Shown: in pieces, positions 25,283 through 33,850 of the stretch
How the letters are laid out: the number at the start of each line of letters is the position of its first letter
Numbering within the stretch: the stretch's first letter is position 1
NCBI GenBank assembly: GCA_964548795.1
Contig: CAZJSO010000005.1
Coordinates: 1 to 35,143, forward strand
Length of the DNA: 35,143 nt
Source: an uncultured Dehalococcoidia bacterium
Lineage (GTDB): Bacteria > Chloroflexota > Dehalococcoidia > SZUA-161 > SpSt-899
Direction: 5' to 3'
The notes under the pieces: generated by a model
What the model was told of the DNA's origin: nothing
What the model saw: only the letters and a program-made list of their open reading frames with translations
Database searches by the model: none
Translations under genes and position numbers: made by a program

Positions 25283-26218
25283 TTATTCCCCAGCTTCCTG
25301 TGATGGGGGCAAGATTACAACCAGCCTGGCCGTGGGGATGTCGTCAATTTTCCTGCCAATGACCAACACTCTACTCCCTACTGCAATATCTTCCCGACTG
25401 ACCTCCTTGAGTCCCTCCTCGGTCCTTGCCTTATACTTGGTATCCTCCGTTAGCCTTATATTGCTTTCTCCCCTCTTCGTGCTCAGGGTGAGGGAATCGG
25501 GACCGATGGCAGTTACCTCCCCGCGGAGGGCATGGTGCCGCAGCAGGTGCTTCTTCAAGAACCATTTATGGGACTTGACGCTTTCAGGCAAGACGACTAC
25601 CAGCCGGGCGGTGAAGGTGTCATCGGTCTTCTTCCCCAAGACCACCACTCGATCCCCTTCGCTGATATCCTCTAGGCTGCCCTCTTTGCCCTTTATGCGG
25701 TATTTGGTTTCGTCTGTTAACGTTATGTCAACCTGACCTCTGGGGGTCTCGAGAGTGAGGGTACCATCACCAATGCTGAGCACCTTCCCCTGCACGAGGT
25801 GCCGCTTGAGCTGATGCAGCAACTTTGCGCGCCAGCATAATTTAATCCTTGGTGGTACCACTACCAGCTTAGCTGTAGGTACACCGTCTACTTTCTGGCC
25901 AAGAACTGCCACCTTATCTCCTACCTGAAGGTCAGCCAGGCTGCCCTCCTTCCCCCTTATCCGATATTTGGTATCCTCGTTTACCTTCACCTCAACGCTT
26001 CCCCACCAGGCCTCCACGGTGAGGGAATCCTCGCCCACCGCGGCAATCTTCCCCAGAAGGGCACCCTGGTTGGCTGCCAGGCCTTTGCCCGGGGCTGAGA
26101 TCGGAGCTGCTGTCTCTGGAGTATACGACTTACCCTTGGCTAAGACAGTACCGGCTCCTCCTACGATGAGCCCCAGAAGCACTACCGCAGTTCCTACCAC
26201 CAACAAAGCCTTCTTCAC
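25283..26218 (-). CDS. Signal-anchored protein with three tandem DUF5666-like beta domains
   Basis: I prefer the GTG at 26218 (MKKALLVVGTAVVLLGL) because AGGAGGTG lies 4 nt upstream. Three units of about 70 aa share ...GDSLTLET..G.V.I.LTEDTKYRIKGKEGSLEDI..GD.V.VLG.K.DD..TA.LVVV.P. Confidence 0.7.
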   Translation of the reverse strand: MKKALLVVGTAVVLLGLIVGGAGTVLAKGKSYTPETAAPISAPGKGLAANQGALLGKIAAVGEDSLTVEAWWGSVEVKVNEDTKYRIRGKEGSLADLQVGDKVAVLGQKVDGVPTAKLVVVPPRIKLCWRAKLLHQLKRHLVQGKVLSIGDGTLTLETPRGQVDITLTDETKYRIKGKEGSLEDISEGDRVVVLGKKTDDTFTARLVVVLPESVKSHKWFLKKHLLRHHALRGEVTAIGPDSLTLSTKRGESNIRLTEDTKYKARTEEGLKEVSREDIAVGSRVLVIGRKIDDIPTARLVVILPPSQEAGE

Positions 26219-26314
26219 AGCACACCTCCTGAATTTGTTTTCCACACTTATATAACGGAAAGGCCGGGGATTGGTTACCCCGGCCATCTAGCTCTTCAGG
26301 CTAAATCAAGGCCT

Positions 26315-27322
26315 CTATTTAGGCCCCCATGGCCTGGCCTTCACCTCCACCCTCTGGGCCTTCAGAGAGCCATCCGGCTGAACCTCCACCTCCACTCTGG
26401 CCCAGCGCCCCACCTCCGGCTGGCCTTGAATGATGGTATCAGGGGTAACTTCTATCACCCGACCATCCACTACCCAGACGGTTTCAGTCAGGCTCCGGAT
26501 AATACCGCTGACTATCCCTACCTTTCCCACCAACCAATTCCTCTGTCCAGCTTCTCTTGGCAAAGGCTCACCGATGGCTCTCATGGCTCGGGCATACCTC
26601 TGTGCCGACATCCGAAGGGCGTGGAGAATAATGGGCCTGGCCCTCGGTGGCACACGGGGCAGAACTCTCTGCAGCTCAGCCGGGTGTCTGGCGGCATACC
26701 TGGCCAGCAGGTCCCTTAGCTCAGCCATCTCCCTGCCCTTGAGTTTCTTCCTCAACGCCTGAGCCTCAGCTATCCGTCCCATCCTCTCCAGGTGCTCGGC
26801 CAAGCGCTCCGCTGCCTCATCCGCCTTTCCGACCTTGCCCTTCTCGGCCATTTGAGAGAGCTCGCTAATTCTTCGATCAGCGAACTTAGCCTCGAGCCTT
26901 GCCTGGGTTACCGCTGAACGAGCAAAGGCGAGCTGTACTCGCTCTGTGGCCAGTTTAACTGGGTAGAGCGGCTGGTCAGGTAAGCTGCTGGCTGAAGCAA
27001 CGACTGTGCCGCCGCCAGCCAAGAGAAGGGCTAGAACCAGGGAAACGGCCAAAGCCCAGCCCGGTGACCAGCGTAGGAGGGGCACCCCTCTTTTCTTCGG
27101 CTTGAGAGCTGGAACCTTTGCCAGAAGATGCCGTTTGACCTGTGCCTTAAACTCGGGTTGGGGGGCAAATCGAAGGCTTGTGGCCGTGACCAAGGCTGTG
27201 CGGAGCAGGGGCTCGAGTTCCCCAGCCGCCTGCGGATAGTCTTGAAGGCAACGCTCAATGTCCTCGCCCTTTAATACCCGGTCAAGACATTCATCCAAGA
27301 TATCTTCAAATTTCGTGGCCAT
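26315..27322 (-). CDS. Putative anti-sigma factor: cytoplasmic helical N-domain, one TM segment, DUF5667-like coiled region and a C-terminal DUF5666-like domain
   Basis: Overlaps the ECF sigma gene by 17 nt (SD AGGAGAA). N-terminus is MATKFEDILDECLDRVLKGEDIERCLQDYP. TM segment is WALAVSLVLALLLAGGG. The role is inferred from position and architecture. Confidence 0.6.
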   Translation of the reverse strand: MATKFEDILDECLDRVLKGEDIERCLQDYPQAAGELEPLLRTALVTATSLRFAPQPEFKAQVKRHLLAKVPALKPKKRGVPLLRWSPGWALAVSLVLALLLAGGGTVVASASSLPDQPLYPVKLATERVQLAFARSAVTQARLEAKFADRRISELSQMAEKGKVGKADEAAERLAEHLERMGRIAEAQALRKKLKGREMAELRDLLARYAARHPAELQRVLPRVPPRARPIILHALRMSAQRYARAMRAIGEPLPREAGQRNWLVGKVGIVSGIIRSLTETVWVVDGRVIEVTPDTIIQGQPEVGRWARVEVEVQPDGSLKAQRVEVKARPWGPK

Positions 27323-27854
27323 AGTCGTTCTCCTGGAGCTTTTTGCGTAAGGTCACCAGCGCGCTGTGCTGGAGCGCTTTTATTGCCCCTTCGCTTTTCC
27401 TCATGACCTGGGCTACCTCCGCCGTTGAAAGTCCACCAGTAAAGCGGAGGCCTATCACCTCTTGTTGCAACGGGGTGAGTTCTTTTAGGACCCTCTGGAT
27501 CCGGGCTAGTTCCATTTCCCTTTCCGCTGCTGTTGCTGGATCAGGCTCGGTCGAGATTAAACCCGCCTCAGAGGAACTTTTGAATCTGGTCATTTTCCTC
27601 CGGTAATCAATCACCCGGTTATGGGCAATTCGAAAAAGCCAGGTGGAAAAGGGAGCCCCTCGCCATTTATAGGATGGAAGGGCTTCGAGAGCAGACAGGA
27701 AGACTTGCTGAGTTAGGTCCTCAGCCTCTGCCCGATCCCTCACCCGCATGAGAATATAGCGATAAATAGGGTCGAAATGCTCCTCATAGAGTTCGGCAAA
27801 GGCCTCTTGGTCGCCCTGCTGGGCACGTCTTATCAGTTCTTTCTCTTGCTGCAC
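27306..27854 (-). CDS. ECF-type RNA polymerase sigma-70 family factor
   Basis: Region 2 is seen as FAELYEEHFDPIYRYILMRV ... WLFRIAHNRVIDYRR. Region 4 HTH is seen as LTPLQQEVIGLRFTGGLSTAEVAQVMRKSEGAIKALQHSAL. GTG start. Confidence 0.85.
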   Translation of the reverse strand: MQQEKELIRRAQQGDQEAFAELYEEHFDPIYRYILMRVRDRAEAEDLTQQVFLSALEALPSYKWRGAPFSTWLFRIAHNRVIDYRRKMTRFKSSSEAGLISTEPDPATAAEREMELARIQRVLKELTPLQQEVIGLRFTGGLSTAEVAQVMRKSEGAIKALQHSALVTLRKKLQENDYGHEI

Positions 27855-27966
27855 CTGATAGCCCCACAGGCGGCGAATCGCTCATCCTTTGCCCAATTAT
27901 ACAACGAATGAGAAGCGGAAGGGATAGGACTCACGGAGTACTTTAGTTACCCTGCAGGGCTTGCTA

Positions 27967-27975
27967 TGATAGAAT
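27967..27975 (+). promoter_or_regulatory. Candidate extended -10 promoter element (TGaTAGAAT) upstream of der
   Basis: TG-n-TAGAAT lies 22 nt upstream of the der ATG. There is no convincing -35. Confidence 0.3.
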
Positions 27976-27997
27976 AAGCCGAAAGTGGGGAAGAAGT

Positions 27998-29320
27998 ATG
28001 GAGAAACCGATCGTGGCTATCGTGGGACGGCCTAATGTGGGCAAGTCTACCTTGTTTAACCGTCTTGCTGGGAGACGACTAGCTATTACTGACGAGCTGC
28101 CAGGAACAACCCGAGACCGCATCTCGGCTGATATCTCCTGGTTGGGTCGAGAGCTCACCCTGGTGGACACGGGCGGACTGGAGGTCAGGCCAACCTCGGA
28201 TTTGAGCCAGAAGGTGCGCGATCAGGTCGAGGTGGCCATTGAGGAGGCCGATGTCATCATCTTCCTCGTGGATGTGAGGAATGGGCTGGTCGTCCCAGAT
28301 ATGGATATTGCCCATCGGCTGCGAAGATCAGGCAAGCCCGTTGTACTGGGGGTCAATAAGTGCGACAACCCGGAGCGTCAGGCTCAAGCAGTGGAATTCT
28401 ACCAGCTTGCACTAGGTGAGCCTGTCCCGCTCAGTGCCTACCACGGGGTAGGGGTTGATGACCTCATGGCTCAGGCTATCGCTGACTTGCCTTCTTCTCC
28501 AGCAGTTCCTGAAGAGCCTGGCCTCAAGATAGCCATTGCTGGCCGGCCAAATGTGGGGAAATCAATGCTGCTCAATGCCATCCTCGGGAAGCAACGGGCC
28601 ATTGTGGACGAAGTCCCGGGAACAACCCGCGATGCCATTGATACGCCCTTTGAATACGATGGGCAACGGATATGGCTCATTGACACTGCTGGCCTTAGAA
28701 GAAGAGGCCGGATAGCCGGAATTGAAAGGTACGGTGCTCTGCGAGCGTTCCGAGCCATAGGCCGAGCAGATGTAGTGGCCTTGATTCTAGATGCAACTGA
28801 ACCAGTAACTGCCCAGGATGCCCACATCGCTGGCTATGCCAAGGACGCTTTGAAGGGGATTGTTTTAGTGGTCAACAAATGGGATCTGGCCGGAGATTTG
28901 GGGTGGGAGGAAGGGACTTGCATAGAATGGATAAGGAGAAAGCTGCCGTTTCTTACCTTTGCCCCCATCCTCTTCGTGTCCGCCAAGCTGGGACAGGCAG
29001 TTGAAAAGGTTATCGAGACCGCTGCCGAGATATGGCAAGCGAGAGGAAAGCGGGTCCCGTCGGAAGACCTGAACAGGTGGCTGGAGCGAGTCCTGAGTCG
29101 GCATCCGCCCTCCACTGCTGGCAAGCAGCTACAAATCAAAAAGGTGACCCAGACTGGGGTAAGTCCCCCTGTCTTTACCTTCCGGGTTGATAGGCCAGAG
29201 TTGCTCCACTTTTCATACAAGCGTTACCTGGAGAACAGGCTCCGCCAGGACTTTGGGTTCGTGGGCACATCACTGGGGTTGAAGTTTGTTGCCTCTAAGC
29301 GCAGGAAGAGGGGGCCTTAA
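27998..29320 (+). CDS. der: Ribosome-assembly GTPase Der/EngA (two tandem GTPase domains plus a KH-like domain)
   Basis: Contains GRPNVGKST and GRPNVGKSM P-loops, DTGG/DTAG motifs and NKCD/NKWD motifs. Confidence 0.95.
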   Translation: MEKPIVAIVGRPNVGKSTLFNRLAGRRLAITDELPGTTRDRISADISWLGRELTLVDTGGLEVRPTSDLSQKVRDQVEVAIEEADVIIFLVDVRNGLVVPDMDIAHRLRRSGKPVVLGVNKCDNPERQAQAVEFYQLALGEPVPLSAYHGVGVDDLMAQAIADLPSSPAVPEEPGLKIAIAGRPNVGKSMLLNAILGKQRAIVDEVPGTTRDAIDTPFEYDGQRIWLIDTAGLRRRGRIAGIERYGALRAFRAIGRADVVALILDATEPVTAQDAHIAGYAKDALKGIVLVVNKWDLAGDLGWEEGTCIEWIRRKLPFLTFAPILFVSAKLGQAVEKVIETAAEIWQARGKRVPSEDLNRWLERVLSRHPPSTAGKQLQIKKVTQTGVSPPVFTFRVDRPELLHFSYKRYLENRLRQDFGFVGTSLGLKFVASKRRKRGP

Positions 29321-29970
29321 TGCTCAAGCTGGCAATTGCCCTTTTTCTGGGTTACTTTCTGGGTGGGATACCCTTCGGCCTCCTTGTAGGTTGGCTGGCC
29401 CGAGGTATAGACGTTCGACGATATGGAAGTGGGAGGACCGGCTTTGCCAATGTGCTACGCACCTGTGGGGTCAAGGCGGGCAGCCTCACCTTTGTGGCCG
29501 ATGTGGGCAAAGGGGTAGTGGCTGGATTGGCTGGGAGGCTGATCTTCGGCAGCGGAGTAGTGATGGTGGGGGGGCTATCATTGGACTGGCAAGTAGCCCA
29601 AGCTGTGGCGGCAGTGGCAGCGATTATTGGTCATTGCTGGTCGCCCTACATTCGGTTTCAGGGGGGACGAGGGGTGGACCCAGCCCTCGGAGGACTTTTC
29701 TCCATGGTTCCCTGGGCTGGGGCAGGCTGTTTGGTCATAGGTTGGAGCATCATCCTCTCCACCCGCTATGTTTCCCTGGGCTCCATGCTGGGCACCTTCA
29801 GCAGCGTGGTCATTCTAGCTCCCTTTGTCATTTTAGGCCGCCAGCCCCCCGAATTTGTCATTTATGGAGCGCTGGCCACAATCATAGTGGCCTACAAGCA
29901 CCGAGATAATATACGAAGGCTCCGCTCCGGCACCGAGAGGAAGCTCGGACAGAAGGGGGAAAGAAGGTGA
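29320..29970 (+). CDS. plsY: Acyl-phosphate:glycerol-3-phosphate acyltransferase
   Basis: 216-aa polytopic protein with GSGRTGFANVLR and a conserved HCWSPY/GG.G region. The ATG overlaps the der stop (TAATG). Confidence 0.9.
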   Translation: MLKLAIALFLGYFLGGIPFGLLVGWLARGIDVRRYGSGRTGFANVLRTCGVKAGSLTFVADVGKGVVAGLAGRLIFGSGVVMVGGLSLDWQVAQAVAAVAAIIGHCWSPYIRFQGGRGVDPALGGLFSMVPWAGAGCLVIGWSIILSTRYVSLGSMLGTFSSVVILAPFVILGRQPPEFVIYGALATIIVAYKHRDNIRRLRSGTERKLGQKGERR

Positions 29971-30977
29971 GGAAGGTAGCCGTCATCGGCACAACCGCCT
30001 GGGGGACAACCCTGGCCGTAATGCTCGCCGCCAAGGGATTAGAGGTATGGCTCTGGGCCCGGACCGAAGCGGAGGCAGAGATCCTAAGACAGGCGAGAGA
30101 GAACAAGCGACGCCTGCCCGGCGTGACTTTCCCCCCGGCTCTTCGCCTTACAGCTTCGACTTCGGAGGCGCTACAGGGGGCCGAGATGCTTATCCTGGCC
30201 GTACCCTCACAGAGAATGAGGCAAAACCTTCGCCAGCTCAAGAAGGAGCTTGACCATCGCCTGGTTATCTTGAGTGCCAGCAAGGGCATAGAAGTTGAAA
30301 GCGCTAGACGTATGTCTGAGGTGATTGCTGAGGAGCTTGGGCCGGAGTTCGAGTCAAATATCTGCGTCCTTTCCGGACCCAACTTCTCTCAGGAGGTAGC
30401 TCGGGGACTGCCAACGGCCACGGTAGTTGCTGCTACCTCAAGCAGGGTAGCCAGGGCGGCTCAGGAGGTAGTGTTCACCCCCCGCTTTCGAGCTTACACC
30501 AATGAAGATGTGATCGGGGTAGAATTGGGTGGGGCTTTAAAGAATGTCATTGCCCTGTCGGCTGGAATATCCGATGGGCTGGGTTTCGGGGCCAATACCA
30601 AGGCCGCCCTAATCACCCGGGGACTGGCAGAGATCATCCGGCTTGGGGTGGCCTGCGGAGCTCAAGCCCTCACCTTCTCCGGACTTTCTGGCTTGGGCGA
30701 TTTGGTGGCCACCTGCTTCAGCCACCTGAGCCGTAACCGATTTGTAGGCCAGGAGCTTGGTCGGGGACGCAAGCTTCCCGAGGTATTGGCTTCCCTCGGC
30801 AGCGTAGCCGAAGGAGTGGAGACTACCCGCGCTTGCCTCAAGCTGGCCCGAAGACTTGGGGTGGAAATGCCAATTGCGGAACAAGTCCACCGAGTGCTAT
30901 TTGAGAACTTGCCTCCTCATGAGACCGTGCCTGCCCTGATGGAACGCGAGCTCAAGCACGAGCTGAGCGGCATGTGA
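29967..30977 (+). CDS. gpsA: NAD(P)H-dependent glycerol-3-phosphate dehydrogenase
   Basis: Contains VAVIGTTAWGTTLA, LSGPNFSQEV, GGALKNVIA and GDLVATC. GTG start overlaps the plsY stop (GTGA). der-plsY-gpsA is conserved synteny. Confidence 0.92.
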   Translation: MRKVAVIGTTAWGTTLAVMLAAKGLEVWLWARTEAEAEILRQARENKRRLPGVTFPPALRLTASTSEALQGAEMLILAVPSQRMRQNLRQLKKELDHRLVILSASKGIEVESARRMSEVIAEELGPEFESNICVLSGPNFSQEVARGLPTATVVAATSSRVARAAQEVVFTPRFRAYTNEDVIGVELGGALKNVIALSAGISDGLGFGANTKAALITRGLAEIIRLGVACGAQALTFSGLSGLGDLVATCFSHLSRNRFVGQELGRGRKLPEVLASLGSVAEGVETTRACLKLARRLGVEMPIAEQVHRVLFENLPPHETVPALMERELKHELSGM

Positions 30978-30989
30978 GACCCCACAATG

Positions 30990-31018
30990 CTAGACTTTTT
31001 GGTGCATACCGGTTAAAA
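30990..31018 (+). promoter_or_regulatory. Candidate promoter for the GYD gene (TAGACT - 17 nt - TAAAAT)
   Basis: TAGACT at 30990..30995 and TAAAAT at 31013..31018. Based on hexamer match only. Confidence 0.3.
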
Positions 31019-31100
31019 TGTTATACCTTCGGCTTAGAGGCTGCGGGCGTAGTCGGTCCATAAGGCTTACCAGGACAATAAAGAGGAAAGGAGGTCTAAA

Positions 31101-31388
31101 ATGGCTACATTTGTAATGCTCACTACCCTCACCGATGAAGGGCGGAAAACGGTAAAGAGCAACCCCGAGAGGATCAAAGAGGTCAATAAAGAAGTTGAAG
31201 CAATGGGGGTGAGGATACTCGCCCAATATTCGGTTCTAGGTCCTTACGACTTCGTAAACATTCTAGAAGCCCCTAGCAATGAAGTTATAGCCAAGGTCGC
31301 CATTGAACTGGGTTCAAGAGGTACTCTACAGACCATGACCATGGCGGCCATGACCATAGATGAATTCATCAACAATCTCAGGAAGTAG
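31101..31388 (+). CDS. GYD-domain protein (function unknown)
   Basis: 95 aa. MATFVMLTTLTDEG...VLGPYDFVNILEAP is the typical GYD family layout. Strong SD (AAAGGAGG). Confidence 0.8.
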   Translation: MATFVMLTTLTDEGRKTVKSNPERIKEVNKEVEAMGVRILAQYSVLGPYDFVNILEAPSNEVIAKVAIELGSRGTLQTMTMAAMTIDEFINNLRK

Positions 31389-31420
31389 GCCTTTATTGGC
31401 CCGGCTGCGCCCAAAGTGTA

Positions 31421-32995
31421 TTAAGGTTTGCCGTACTGCTCCCGAAGCACTCTCCTCAGAATCTTGCCGGTGGAGGTCTTGGGAAGCTCCTCTTCTACGA
31501 AGACTATGGAAGTAGGCCGCTTGAAGCCGGCTAATCTGGGGCGACAAAAGTCGATAATTTCTTGCTCTGTGGCCTTTTCTCCCCTTTTGAGCCTCACTAT
31601 AGCTCTGACCTGGTGACCCCACTCGACATCGGGGACTCCGATCACGGCTGCCTCTTCAACTTTAGGGTGGGAATAAAGCACGCTTTCCACTTCATCGGGA
31701 CCAATGTTCTCCCCTCCTCTCACGATCACATCGTCCGCACGCCCGCAAAGATAGATGTAGCCCTCTTCATCCATATAAGCCATGTCACCGGTGCGGTACC
31801 ATCCATCAGGGGTAAAGGCTTTCTTGGTCTTCTCCTCATCTTTCCAATAGCCCTTCATCACCCTTGGCCCTCGAGCTACAAGTTCTCCTGTCTTCCCAGG
31901 GGGTAATGGCTGGCCCTCTGCATCTCGAATCTGAATCTCCACGTCATCCAACGGCAAGCCAATTGAGGTAGCCAGTCTCTTCAGCTTCTTCTCCCTCTCC
32001 TCCTCGGTCTCCTTCCCGGTGATGATTTGATCTTCGGCCCTAAGCGCAGCTATAGTGGAGGAGGTCTCCGTCCCTCCAAAGGCATTTATGAGGGTTCTCC
32101 CCGGAAAACGCTCGATGGTCTTCCTTAGCACTTCATAGGGACAAGCGGCAGCACCATAGGTTATCACCCGAATGCTCGAAAGATCATATTTATCAAAGTG
32201 GGGGTACTCAACGATTCGCTTTAGCATGGTAGGAACCAGCATAACCCGGGTAACCCTCTCCCTCTGAGCTATCTCAAACCACTCCTCAAGATCAAACTGC
32301 CTCTCCAGGGCGATGGTCCTCCCCCCATAAACTGCGGCCATTACCGCTTGCATCCCGGCAACGTGGTAAAGGGGCATGCTCAGCAGGTTTGTCTCTGGCG
32401 GTGCCTCCGGGTCGGGAGGATTCACGTTGGTCAAGACATAGGAAGCATAGGCATTATGATCTTGAGGAACTCCCTTGGGTAACCCGGTAGTTCCAGCAGT
32501 AAACATCAGTATGGCCACATCCTCATCCTTCACCTCAGCGAAGGTCTTTTCCCCCGGTGACCCTGAAGCTATAAGCTCATCATAGCTCAGCATCTCTTCA
32601 TGTTTCCCATCTATGGCTATGAAATGCTTCACCGAGGGAAGTTCGGACCGCATCTGGTCTACCATGTCAAAGTAGCGATTGCCCACAAATAGGATCTTAG
32701 GCTCTGCCTTATTGACCAAATATTTTAGTTCGTCTTGCCTGACCCGAAAGTTCAAGGGAACGAAGATGCCGCCAACCCTCGCCGTGGCAAAGCAGGACTC
32801 CACGTACTCGTTGGTGTTGACGTTGAACATGGCTGCCCGGTCTCCCTTCTCCAGACCCAACCGATTTAGGGAATCAGCCAGGCGATTAACCCTCTCCTTA
32901 AGCTGGGCATAGGAGTATCGCTCTTCCTCAAAGACAATGGCTGTTCTCTCGGGAATAAGCATGGCCGATAGGTCGAGAAATTCGGCTATTATCAT
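31421..32995 (-). CDS. AMP-forming acyl-CoA synthetase / fatty-acid-CoA ligase (ANL superfamily)
   Basis: Contains FTAGTTGLPKGV, FGGTETS, YRTGDMAY and the C-terminal PKTSTGKILRR. Strong SD (GAGGGAGG). Confidence 0.9.
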   Translation of the reverse strand: MIIAEFLDLSAMLIPERTAIVFEEERYSYAQLKERVNRLADSLNRLGLEKGDRAAMFNVNTNEYVESCFATARVGGIFVPLNFRVRQDELKYLVNKAEPKILFVGNRYFDMVDQMRSELPSVKHFIAIDGKHEEMLSYDELIASGSPGEKTFAEVKDEDVAILMFTAGTTGLPKGVPQDHNAYASYVLTNVNPPDPEAPPETNLLSMPLYHVAGMQAVMAAVYGGRTIALERQFDLEEWFEIAQRERVTRVMLVPTMLKRIVEYPHFDKYDLSSIRVITYGAAACPYEVLRKTIERFPGRTLINAFGGTETSSTIAALRAEDQIITGKETEEEREKKLKRLATSIGLPLDDVEIQIRDAEGQPLPPGKTGELVARGPRVMKGYWKDEEKTKKAFTPDGWYRTGDMAYMDEEGYIYLCGRADDVIVRGGENIGPDEVESVLYSHPKVEEAAVIGVPDVEWGHQVRAIVRLKRGEKATEQEIIDFCRPRLAGFKRPTSIVFVEEELPKTSTGKILRRVLREQYGKP

Positions 32996-33050
32996 AATTT
33001 ACCTCCCTCAAATTCTAGCTGGATTTTCCGAGGCTCGCAAGACCTCAAAG

Positions 33051-33842
33051 CTAGTCCCCGCTCCGCCCAAGCTTTTCCTTTACTCGCTGGATTATGCGAG
33101 ACATCATCTCACCAGCAGCCTGATGGAGACAAATATCGGCTGCGCCATCCAGGTCGGTAGGGTCACGGTTGACGATTATCAGCCTTGCTCCGGACTCAAC
33201 GGCGTATCGGGGCATAAGCGCTGCTGGGTAGACTACCAGCGAAGAACCAATGACGATGCAGAGGTCGCAAGCCCGCGAGCGACGCTGGGCTTCAGCAGTT
33301 TCCTGAGCCGGCATGGCCTCTCCAAAGAAGATAACGTCTGGCTTGAGCAGACCGCCACATTCAGGGCACTTGGGGTCTTCCACGCCCTCGGACAGCCACC
33401 TTCGAACCTCGTCCATGGGGTAGCGTTTTCCACACCGGAGGCATCTGGCGTATTCCATAGTTCCGTGAAGGTGAATAACCTTATCGGGGGAGTTACCCGC
33501 TCGCTCATGAAGGCCATCCACATTCTGGGTGATGACGCAGTCCAGCTTGCCCAACTTCTCCAGTTCAGCTACGGCATAGTGGGCTCGGTTTGGCTGGGCA
33601 CCGGGCCAGAAATTAGTGGCCAGCAGTTGCCAGTGCTTTTTCCTGGCCTCCGGGCTGGAAAGGAACTTCTGGTAGGTGAAATCGTCCGGGTCATATTTGG
33701 TCCAGATGCCATCACGGCTCCTGAAATCCGGGATGCCTGATTCGGTACTCACCCCTGCCCCGGTGAAGACCACTATTTTCTTGGAGCTTACGATCAGCTC
33801 AGCCGCCTTGCCAATGAGTAGGTCAAATTCCTGTTCTGACAT
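33051..33842 (-). CDS. cobB: NAD-dependent protein deacylase, Sir2/CobB family
   Basis: Contains GAGVSTESGIPDFRS, TQNVDGLHERAG, the Zn ribbon CLRCGKRY...CPECGG and GSSLVVYPA. SD is GGGGGAG. Confidence 0.9.
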   Translation of the reverse strand: MSEQEFDLLIGKAAELIVSSKKIVVFTGAGVSTESGIPDFRSRDGIWTKYDPDDFTYQKFLSSPEARKKHWQLLATNFWPGAQPNRAHYAVAELEKLGKLDCVITQNVDGLHERAGNSPDKVIHLHGTMEYARCLRCGKRYPMDEVRRWLSEGVEDPKCPECGGLLKPDVIFFGEAMPAQETAEAQRRSRACDLCIVIGSSLVVYPAALMPRYAVESGARLIIVNRDPTDLDGAADICLHQAAGEMMSRIIQRVKEKLGRSGD

Positions 33843-33850
33843 GACTCCCC

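Noticed and set aside
29286-29909. A 207-aa plus-strand ORF overlapping plsY
   Set aside because: It is out of frame with the clearly recognisable plsY on the same strand. The product is Gly/Arg/Trp/Ser-rich with no motifs, and its start lies inside der. It is spurious.
32937-33740. A 267-aa plus-strand ORF, the longest unexplained ORF in the track
   Set aside because: It lies antisense to almost the entire Sir2/CobB gene, whose motifs (GAGVSTESGIPDFR, QNVDGLH, Zn ribbon) are unambiguous. The plus-strand product has no SD, no recognisable motif and an odd composition. It is a shadow ORF.
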